Made by a program: the position numbers and the translations under genes. From positions 192,001 to 256,000 of the forward strand of contig JBGAHS010000011.1 of assembly GCA_044226015.1 (NCBI GenBank): a DNA stretch of 64,000 bases, read 5' to 3'. Source of the stretch: Candidatus Obscuribacteraceae bacterium. GTDB lineage: Bacteria; Cyanobacteriota; Vampirovibrionia; Obscuribacterales; Obscuribacteraceae. Shown here in pieces: positions 56,143-64,000 of the stretch. How positions within the stretch are numbered: the stretch's first letter is position 1; every line of letters starts with the position of its first letter. The notes beneath the pieces were generated by a model. That model worked only from the letters and a program-made list of their open reading frames with translations, searched no databases and was not told the DNA's origin.

Positions 56143-57777
56143 ATGTCTATTGATACAAACTTCTACATAGACATCGCCGTAATCGCTCTCTATTTCATCA
56201 CCATAATTTATGTTGGTCTCAAATTCGGTGAGAAAGAAGACAATCTAGAAGACTTTTCTCTCGGCGGTCGCAGCATTCCGTGGTGGGCTGTTTTAGCATC
56301 CATCATAGCGGCAGAAACCAGTGCGGCAACCTTTATTGGAGCACCAGGCGAAGGCTATGAGTTGGTCAACTACACCTATTTGCAAATGGCAGTAGGAACA
56401 ATCATTGGTCGAATCATCGTTGCGTTCTTATTCATAAAACCATACTTTGATTTGAACGTTTTTTCTATCTACGAATATCTAGAAGTGCGCTTTGGAAAGG
56501 GCACAAGAGCAGCTGCCAGTGCTATTTTTCTTGTAACACGTGTTCTAGCCTCTGGTGCTCGTTTGTATGTTGCAGCAATTGTTTTAGCTGTAGCATACAC
56601 ACTTATAACAGGAACTCCTCCGAGCACCACACAACAGTTGGTTGTATACATCGGCTCCATTGTTTTCGTGAGTGTCACCACTGCAATTTACACCTCAGTT
56701 GGCGGCATTAAAGCAGTGGTATGGACAGATTTCATTCAAGCATCAGTAATGTTTGGTGGCGCTCTCTCAGCAATTGCAGTGCTAATTTTCGCAATGCCAC
56801 AAGGTCCCTCATCAGTAATCAATTTCTTCAATGACCCTCAAACAAACTTGCAGATGTTCACAGTCGGAACAGATGGCAAACTTTCATTCTTTGAAAACGT
56901 GCAGAAAGTACTTTGCTCAGAGTACACAGTTTATGCGGCATTGATTGGTTCAACCTTTATCACACTAGCCACGCACGGTACGGACCAGGACATGGTGCAG
57001 CGAATGCTTACTGCGACCGACTATAAGAAGAGTCGGCTTTCTCTCATAACTTCAGGTCTGGCTGACATTCCAATTGGATTCATTTTCATTACTATTGGAA
57101 TACTGCTACATCTGTATTTTCAGCAAGCACATGACCCACAGCTTCCACAGAAGAACAATGAGATTTTTGCATTTTTCATTCTCAAACATATGCCTGTGGG
57201 TCTGAGAGGTTTGCTGATAGCAGGAATTTTTGCCACAGCTATGGGATCTTTGAGTGCCGCCTTGAATGCCCTGGCTACAAGTTGCACGCGAGACTTCTAT
57301 CATTCGAAAGATGTCGGAAACAGTGGCGAAGAGGCGGTAAAAGCTGCAAGAAAGTTCACATGCATATTTGCAGGATTGATGATTTTAGTCGCAAGCACAA
57401 CAGCATACTTCGTAATTGAACATCCTGACTCCCGCATCATTCCTATTGTTCTCGGAATTTTTGGATACACGTATGGCTCACTTCTAGGTGTGTTCTTGCT
57501 GGGAATGCTAACCAAAAATCGTGGTTGCGACAAGGGAAATTATATTGCAATGATTTGCGGCTTCATCTGCGTTTCAATATTTAGTGGACTACCAAATCAG
57601 GTGCTCGAACTTTGTGGGTTTAAGGCGATAGATGCACTGGCACAAATTCCCACTATCTCTTTTCCGTGGAGAGTTATGTTTGGTACCATTGCCACGTTTA
57701 CTGTAGCCGTGCTATTTCCAAGCCAGAAGCTCGAAAAAGATGAAAGGGCGACCGCCGGCAATGTGGTCGCCCCTTGA
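56143..57777 (+). CDS. Sodium:solute symporter (SSS family)
   Basis: GGRSIPWW, AAETSA, GGIKAVVWTD, HGTDQDMVQR. Confidence 0.92.
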   Translation: MSIDTNFYIDIAVIALYFITIIYVGLKFGEKEDNLEDFSLGGRSIPWWAVLASIIAAETSAATFIGAPGEGYELVNYTYLQMAVGTIIGRIIVAFLFIKPYFDLNVFSIYEYLEVRFGKGTRAAASAIFLVTRVLASGARLYVAAIVLAVAYTLITGTPPSTTQQLVVYIGSIVFVSVTTAIYTSVGGIKAVVWTDFIQASVMFGGALSAIAVLIFAMPQGPSSVINFFNDPQTNLQMFTVGTDGKLSFFENVQKVLCSEYTVYAALIGSTFITLATHGTDQDMVQRMLTATDYKKSRLSLITSGLADIPIGFIFITIGILLHLYFQQAHDPQLPQKNNEIFAFFILKHMPVGLRGLLIAGIFATAMGSLSAALNALATSCTRDFYHSKDVGNSGEEAVKAARKFTCIFAGLMILVASTTAYFVIEHPDSRIIPIVLGIFGYTYGSLLGVFLLGMLTKNRGCDKGNYIAMICGFICVSIFSGLPNQVLELCGFKAIDALAQIPTISFPWRVMFGTIATFTVAVLFPSQKLEKDERATAGNVVAP

Positions 57778-57832
57778 GCAAAGAAATGGGATTCGTCAAT
57801 CGAGAAACGCCTCTCCATCTTCCCTGCAACGC

Positions 57833-58117
57833 TTAGAAAAAATGGCGCTTCTTTTCCTTCGCTTTCTTTTTGTCCTTATATGATTGGACGGCTGCTCCCT
57901 TCCCGGCCCCGAGCACTGCTCCTGTCGCTACAGAGTGCCCGAGAAGGGGAGCCGCCATGCCGCCTGTCATCACACCTATTCCGGCGGCTTTCATCGTTCG
58001 TCTTATTTTCGGGTGATTATTGAAGAAGAAGTGCTTCTTTTCCTCCTCAGCACTGCTCGGACTCGGCAGCGCGCTAATCAATGTAATCACCATCCCTAGT
58101 ATCGTTGTTATCTTCAT
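57833..58117 (-). CDS. Small exported glycine-zipper protein (94 aa)
   Basis: GAGGAG before ATG 58117; signal peptide; AAGIGVMTGG..GAVLGAGKG. Confidence 0.6.
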   Translation of the reverse strand: MKITTILGMVITLISALPSPSSAEEEKKHFFFNNHPKIRRTMKAAGIGVMTGGMAAPLLGHSVATGAVLGAGKGAAVQSYKDKKKAKEKKRHFF

Positions 58118-58320
58118 AATCTCTGTCTCCTCAAAAAACGACGGCAGGCTCAATGTGCAGTTCCAAAATGCAGACTCTGCCCAACAGAAGCCGCACAATC
58201 TGAACGAATTGCAAAAGCTCGAAGAATGAAGTCGCTCTTACCTATATAATGTGATTCCGATAATGAGCGCAGGCAGATGTGAGCCTGGATGCTCTTTGAC
58301 AACACATAAGGAGTCGGAAG

Positions 58321-59385
58321 ATGCACGAATTTACCGGTGGCGAATTCATAATCATGGGCATTCCTGGCGAAACTCTGGACCAAGCTACTGCTGACATCAT
58401 CCAGAAAGTTCAGCCCGCAGGCTTTATTTTGTTTGCTCGCAACATCAAAACTCCCGAGCAACTTCGCAAGTTGACCGACGAATTGCGTGCTTCAGTCAAG
58501 CACGAACCCATCATCACAATCGACCAGGAAGGCGGTCGGGTCTCACGCTTGAAAGAGTTCATGAGCGAGCCACCAAGCGCCAAGAAATTGACCGAGCACG
58601 GTGATGTCTCTTTGATCAAAAAGCATGGAATGCTGACTGGCAAACTCTTGCGCTTGTTCGGATTCAATGTGAATCTGGCCCCAGTGCTTGACACCCTTGT
58701 AGACGAAAAGAACGAAAACTCTCTCAAAGACCGTACGTATGGAACCAGTTCTGATGAAGTTATTCGCAACGCTAGCGCTTTTGCTGAAGCAATGATGACT
58801 GAAGGAATTCTCAGTTGCGGTAAACACTACCCTGGCTATTCACATGCAAATGTAGACCCGCACAATCACCTGCCAACAGTTGACCGCAGCCTGGAAGAGC
58901 TGCAAGGTCTGGAGTGGGTTCCATTCAGAAAGATGCTTCCGATTGTGCATCTCTTAATGGTGGGTCACGTTTCCTATCCTAAAGTTGACCCATCGAATCT
59001 TCCAGCTTCACTCTCTCGCAAAGTGGTTCACGACACGCTGAGAAAAGAATGGAACTTCACTGGTTGCACCATCACCGATGATATGGATATGGGTGCAATC
59101 AAAACAAAATACGGCAGCGCCGAATCAGTCAGAATGGCACTGGAAGCGGGCAACGACCTGATGCTTGTTTGTCACGCTGTCGAAGCCGTTCCCGAAATCG
59201 CTAAGGCACTACAATCAGTTTCACCAGCAGTGCTGGAAGAATCATACGCAAGAATTTGTGAAATGAGAAAACGATTGCAGCCGCCTACACCATTCTCTCT
59301 TGATGCATTGAAAGAGCTCGATGCACAAACCAAAGAAATGAGAGACATCGTATTTGGTGCCGCAAAGGAAACAGCAGCGGTTTAG
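58321..59385 (+). CDS. nagZ: Beta-N-acetylhexosaminidase (GH3)
   Basis: ILFARN, IDQEGGRVSR, NLAPVLD, KHYPGY..DPH, TDDMDM. Confidence 0.9.
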   Translation: MHEFTGGEFIIMGIPGETLDQATADIIQKVQPAGFILFARNIKTPEQLRKLTDELRASVKHEPIITIDQEGGRVSRLKEFMSEPPSAKKLTEHGDVSLIKKHGMLTGKLLRLFGFNVNLAPVLDTLVDEKNENSLKDRTYGTSSDEVIRNASAFAEAMMTEGILSCGKHYPGYSHANVDPHNHLPTVDRSLEELQGLEWVPFRKMLPIVHLLMVGHVSYPKVDPSNLPASLSRKVVHDTLRKEWNFTGCTITDDMDMGAIKTKYGSAESVRMALEAGNDLMLVCHAVEAVPEIAKALQSVSPAVLEESYARICEMRKRLQPPTPFSLDALKELDAQTKEMRDIVFGAAKETAAV

Positions 59386-59457
59386 CCAGCACAGCATATC
59401 GGGTGCAAAGCACCCTTTCTACGGATAATCGAATCTATTGAACAGACGAAGGAGCAA

Positions 59458-61611
59458 TCAGCGAGATTGCTCCTTTTCTGTAAGTTTCTTTTCTTTAGCG
59501 TAGAGAGGAACTCTTTCCGGATGCTGAATTTCCTTCGCTTCAGTTTCGTACACTTGCGCAGCCGAAATCTGTTTGTGGTCTCTCAAGAATTTGGCAAGCG
59601 AAACGATGTAAGGCAAGGTTTCAACATTGCCTTTGCCGAAATCATTTTCTGCCATCTCAAGCGATGATCGATAATACGACTCTGCTTCCTTTGTGTTTTT
59701 TGCAGCGTCATAAACCTGAGCAATTAAGTAATTCACTTCCAAAACGGCAGGTGCCTTCTCGCCGAGTGCCTTCTTCCGTGCCTCAAGAGCTGTTTTGAAT
59801 ATTTTCGTTGCCTTATCAGCTTTGTGTTGCAGGTAATAGAGTTTACCGAGTGCGACCATAGTCTCAATTGATGGCAACGCGGCAGGTCCAAGCTTTTCTT
59901 GGCGGCTGCCCAAAACTTCTTGCAAGATTGACTCTGCCTGAGCATAGTTACCTGCAGCCTGCAAGAGCAGTGCCTCGGCTTGCTTCTCACCAGTAATTAC
60001 ATCGATAGGCAAAATCACATTGGAGTGAGCAAAGGAAGCCTTGATCTTATCTAAAGTAGTCTGGGCTTCTTTTAGTTGATTTGCACTGTATTGAACTTTG
60101 AACAATTGAATGTATGAACGGTACAAGCGCTCAGTGGACTCGCCACTAATTCGTTCTGCAATTTCGATGGAATTTTTAGCATGTATTTCAGCTTCGCGAT
60201 TGCGCCCAGCGACAAGCTCTGCTCTTGAAAGAAGTTCAAATGTGGTGGCATTAACTTCCTCATCTTTTGCTTTTGCACCCTCTTCAATCTCTTTTGCTTC
60301 GCGCAAATCTGTTATGGCCGGTGAATAAAGCCCTCGAGTAATATTGAAGTACGAAATTTCATTCAAGGCTCGGGCCAGTCTTATGTCAGGCTTCGGAAAT
60401 TTTCTCGCCTCTTTTACAGCAGCGTCATAGCTCTCAGTAGCCTCTTCAATTTTTCCTTCAGCGAAGGCTTTCTTGGCAGAATCAATTCTTGCTTGCAAAA
60501 TGCCATTGTCAGCCATTCGGCTAGTCAAATTTACTACGTAGCTGCCACCAAATAGAAGAGCAAATAATGCCACAGCAACAATAGAAATGGTTGTAATCAA
60601 ACGAACCGGAGACTCTTTACTCTCTTTGACTCTCTGCTCTGCCTTTTGCAAGCCCACAGGAATGATGGTTCGTCTTTCGCGTTCCTCAGGGTCGATATCT
60701 TTCTCGATATCTGACTGCAAATCAGACACGAACTGATATCGCTGTGTCGGATCTTTGTGCATGCATTTGTCAATGATGGCAAGCAAGCGCTTTGGGAATT
60801 CCTTGAGGTCTTTTCTGACCACTGGAATTGGCGTAGGCTCAGATTCCAGATGCATTTTCATCACAGCTTCTTTGCTGGCGCCAAGGAATGGTACCTGTCC
60901 ACTGAGCGCTTCGTACATCATGCAACCGATCGAATAGACGTCAGATCTTATATCAACGTCAGAGCCCTCATAGCATTGCTCAGGGCTCATGTACGCAGCT
61001 GAACCGATAAACTCGGCTTTCGATTGCGGTGTCCGGAGATTGATACCAAGCTTGTTATACAGAGACATCAAGCCGAAGCCAGCAACTTTGACCGTGTACT
61101 CATCTTCCCCTGTTTGCGCAATAATGATTCGGCTGGGCTTCAGTGTTTCGTGGAGAATACCCTGCTCATGCGCGTATTGAACGCCTTTGCTCAGCTGCCC
61201 AAAAACCGCACCAGTTTGAAAAGCATCAAGTCTGTTTTGCTGAACAAGAATTTCAGCAAGGTTTGGACCATATATATTCTCTAGCACTATATACGGTAGA
61301 CCCTCTTTAAGAAGACCATGATCAAGAACACGAGAAATGTTGCGATGGTTCAAGCCCATCAGTCGCTTCACTTCTTGCTTGAATCTTTTGTACTGATAGT
61401 CATTTTCGTCTAACACTATCGTTCTAAATACACGAATAGTGACAACGGACTCTTTTTGTTCGTTTGCAGCAAGGAATATTGCATCATTTACATTCTTGCC
61501 AAGCAATTGATCAATTCGATATCGATTTGGAAGAATGCGACCGACTTGAGAAAGAACGATTTTCTCAAATCGATCGTCGGTTATCTCAGATGAATCATCG
61601 TCAAGCGTCAT
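59458..61611 (-). CDS. Membrane pseudokinase with an extracytoplasmic TPR domain
   Basis: Kinase fold with VTIR (for VAIK), HETLKPSR (for HRDLKPxN) and GFG; YMSPEQ and SDVYSIG kept; then a TM helix and TPRs. Confidence 0.85.
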   Translation of the reverse strand: MTLDDDSSEITDDRFEKIVLSQVGRILPNRYRIDQLLGKNVNDAIFLAANEQKESVVTIRVFRTIVLDENDYQYKRFKQEVKRLMGLNHRNISRVLDHGLLKEGLPYIVLENIYGPNLAEILVQQNRLDAFQTGAVFGQLSKGVQYAHEQGILHETLKPSRIIIAQTGEDEYTVKVAGFGLMSLYNKLGINLRTPQSKAEFIGSAAYMSPEQCYEGSDVDIRSDVYSIGCMMYEALSGQVPFLGASKEAVMKMHLESEPTPIPVVRKDLKEFPKRLLAIIDKCMHKDPTQRYQFVSDLQSDIEKDIDPEERERRTIIPVGLQKAEQRVKESKESPVRLITTISIVAVALFALLFGGSYVVNLTSRMADNGILQARIDSAKKAFAEGKIEEATESYDAAVKEARKFPKPDIRLARALNEISYFNITRGLYSPAITDLREAKEIEEGAKAKDEEVNATTFELLSRAELVAGRNREAEIHAKNSIEIAERISGESTERLYRSYIQLFKVQYSANQLKEAQTTLDKIKASFAHSNVILPIDVITGEKQAEALLLQAAGNYAQAESILQEVLGSRQEKLGPAALPSIETMVALGKLYYLQHKADKATKIFKTALEARKKALGEKAPAVLEVNYLIAQVYDAAKNTKEAESYYRSSLEMAENDFGKGNVETLPYIVSLAKFLRDHKQISAAQVYETEAKEIQHPERVPLYAKEKKLTEKEQSR

Positions 61612-63350
61612 TTAGCAGACTCCAACCGTGTTATGGCATCCTTTGCTTGTTTTGAGTTGTCACCAGATAAGCCCTGAGACAAACTTTGTTTATAGTACTT
61701 CAGAGACGATGCCGAATCACCTGTTTTCTCACACGCCTCAGCAAGTGCAAAACACAATTCTGGACCTCGCACACGTTTATCAACGGCTTGCTTCAATATT
61801 GGCAAGGCTTCAGCCGCTTTGTTTTCCCTCAAAAATAAGCTGCCCAACTCGTACAAAAGTTCAGGGTCATTCTCAGCTGTTTTGAGTCCTGCTTCGAGTT
61901 CTTGCTTCTCAAGAGATGTGTTGCCATCATGACTAGCTAATTTTGCCTGAGCTAACTTCAATTCAGAGTCGTTAGGTGCGGCCGAAGAAGCTTTGTTGGT
62001 GAATTTTCTAGCACTCTCAAAGTTGCCCGCTTTCAAATCGCAAAATGCTTGGGCTAGATTAGCGTTGGGTTCATCAGCATCGGCACTGATGGAGTCGCTT
62101 GCGCATTTGATGGCAGCGGTGAGAGCGTCAGCGCGACTCTGGTCTAGCAACAACGCGCGTGCCTCAATTCCAAGGGCTGCAGACTGAAATCTTTTGTCAG
62201 CACCAGCGGCTCGTGCTTCATTTATCGACTCAGTTAACAATCCTTCTTTGCGATGAATCTGAGCCAGAGCAAGATGTGCCAACGCTTGAGGAATTTTATC
62301 AGCCTGTGCTCCTCTGGTGTCAGCCCCGGTGGCACCATCAAGCGTTTCTGTGGCAGCTTCAAAATCACCTTTTTGAACTTTTAGAATTCCATTTGCAAAC
62401 ATCACAAAACCTGATGTCGCATTGATCTTGCTTGCACTTTCGATGTCACTTAAAGCTTCCGAACTTTTACCGATATATAACTTAGATAGCCCTCTAAGAG
62501 CGAGCGCATCTGAGTTTTTTTCCTTCTCAAGAATTTTGTCCGCCGTGGCTTCGGCAGACTTATACTGATGCTTCATAAATTGAGCAATGAGTAAACAGTT
62601 CATCGGACCAATTGAATTAGGGTAAGCTTTGATGACTGTTTCACTGGCATTAATTGCATCATCAAAGGCACCAATTGCGATGGCTTCGCTGGCAAGCGAT
62701 TGCAATACTTCAGGAACCCCATCAGCTGCTTGCATCAGCTTCTTAAGTTCTTTTCGTGCCTGGGAAATACGCCCCTGTTTTTTCAGGTTCTGAACTACAG
62801 ACAGTCTTATTGCCTGAGTTGCTGGTTCCAAAACAGACGCCTTTTCAACGGCTGATTTAGCCTCCTCATCACGATGCAAACGCTTGTATAAATCTCCAAG
62901 TGCTGACCATGATTCATAACTTGCAGGATTGAGATTGGTTACTGATTCGAACTCGGTACAAGCTTGAGCATATTTTTCTTGCAATAGTAAAGTGTTGGCA
63001 TATTGCAAATGAGCAGCCTGAGAATCTGGCTGGGCGAGGCAAGCGAGAGATGCTTCGTTCTCGGCTTCTGCCATTGAATTTTTTCCCAATCTGATCAAAA
63101 TTGTGGAAAGCAACAAATGCAATTGAGAATTTTTTGGACAAGCCGCTGAGTTTTGTCTCAAAAGTTTTGCGGCATCTTCAAGTTGATTTGAAGCAAATAA
63201 ACTCGCCGCTTGAGAAACGCAAGACTTGCAGGTACTTTCATTGGCGACTTTCCCAGAACTTCTTGCATCGGTTTGAGCGATGAAAACTGTGCTTAGAGCT
63301 AGAACAGTCGTCATCGAAAACAGTAATTTCGAATTGGTTTTATTTGTCAT
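61608..63350 (-). CDS. Exported multi-TPR protein
   Basis: Signal peptide; many TPRs (AHLQYAN, SWSALGDLY, LLYELGSLF); 4-nt overlap with the pseudokinase gene. Confidence 0.85.
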   Translation of the reverse strand: MTNKTNSKLLFSMTTVLALSTVFIAQTDARSSGKVANESTCKSCVSQAASLFASNQLEDAAKLLRQNSAACPKNSQLHLLLSTILIRLGKNSMAEAENEASLACLAQPDSQAAHLQYANTLLLQEKYAQACTEFESVTNLNPASYESWSALGDLYKRLHRDEEAKSAVEKASVLEPATQAIRLSVVQNLKKQGRISQARKELKKLMQAADGVPEVLQSLASEAIAIGAFDDAINASETVIKAYPNSIGPMNCLLIAQFMKHQYKSAEATADKILEKEKNSDALALRGLSKLYIGKSSEALSDIESASKINATSGFVMFANGILKVQKGDFEAATETLDGATGADTRGAQADKIPQALAHLALAQIHRKEGLLTESINEARAAGADKRFQSAALGIEARALLLDQSRADALTAAIKCASDSISADADEPNANLAQAFCDLKAGNFESARKFTNKASSAAPNDSELKLAQAKLASHDGNTSLEKQELEAGLKTAENDPELLYELGSLFLRENKAAEALPILKQAVDKRVRGPELCFALAEACEKTGDSASSLKYYKQSLSQGLSGDNSKQAKDAITRLESAK

Positions 63351-63552
63351 TTTCTCAGTATAGTAAGGCTAATTTATTTTTCCCGGGGCCCAGCCCCTTG
63401 TACCCTATCCGGTCACAATTAATCTACTTAGAGTTCCGGCACTGACTGCGAGAAGCCGCAATTGCGTGCTCCGGCGGGGTCAGCGCTGATACAGTTTGCA
63501 GTAGAACGTTAACTTTCGGTATCATTGTTATCATCCTTCGAAAGAGACGAAC

Positions 63553-64000
63553 ATGGGCAAAGTCCATTTAACTCAACTTGTACTGTGCATTTTGCTCACG
63601 CAAGGTGCATGCAACATTTCAGCCTACGCAAGCAGCCTTGAGCATCAGTTTCGTGAAGGAGAGGAAGCGTTTGAGCAGGGTCGCCTCGGAGCCGCAGCCA
63701 GCTGCATGTCAGGAATTTTGTCGACCAATGCCCGCTATGCACCTGCTCACAATCTGCTCGGAAAGATTTATCAGAAGCAGAAGAAGTTTGACCTCGCTAG
63801 CAATGAATTCAAACTGGCACAAAGCGCAGACCCAAAATATGCTGAGCCAAAGTACAACCTGGGCATGAGCTTTTTCGACCAGAACAACTTTAAAGAAGCC
63901 GAGAAATATCTTGAGGAGGCTACTCACCTTGATGGCAAGAACGTTGTTTACATCTATCACCTGGGCCTTGCTTACGACCGACTCAACAAAAGAGAGAAGG
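63553..64000 (+). CDS. Exported TPR protein (3'-truncated by the window)
   Basis: Read by hand: MGKVHLTQLVLCILL..SAYA..YAPAHNLLGKIY..YAEPKYNLGMSF..YHLGLAYD; open to the window end. Confidence 0.8.
   Translation, partial: MGKVHLTQLVLCILLTQGACNISAYASSLEHQFREGEEAFEQGRLGAAASCMSGILSTNARYAPAHNLLGKIYQKQKKFDLASNEFKLAQSADPKYAEPKYNLGMSFFDQNNFKEAEKYLEEATHLDGKNVVYIYHLGLAYDRLNKREK

Overview
A gene-dense chromosomal window from a diderm bacterium. The cyanobacteria-like IF2, IleRS and Rcp1/Cph1-type signalling proteins, the many exported TPR proteins and the absence of photosynthesis genes in the window suggest a non-photosynthetic cyanobacterial relative (Vampirovibrionia/Melainabacteria, possibly Obscuribacterales); this is inference only. 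Housekeeping genes: moaC-mogA fusion, plsC, ileS, suhB, thrS, mnmE, HU, the rimP-nusA-ylxR-infB-rbfA-truB cluster, ybeY-dgkA, iscS, SRAP and nagZ. Accessory genes: a PAS/Rcp1/hybrid-kinase/NarL signalling cluster, a TolC-RND-MFP efflux operon flanked by two paralogous TPR genes, and an Fe/B12-type ABC permease and ATPase. I saw no rRNA, tRNA, CRISPR array, transposase or integrase. The strongest unexpected signals are: (1) a candidate exported selenoprotein ending ...GGGC-UGA-H-stop with an fdhF-like SECIS hairpin; (2) an Ile-rich leader peptide with terminator/antiterminator attenuator upstream of ileS; (3) two Hanks-type kinases that both have DFG->GFG and a catalytic-loop Asn->basic change; (4) a coupled pair of an HExxH protein and a paralog lacking the motif; (5) GGATC-rich tandem repeat arrays between convergent genes.
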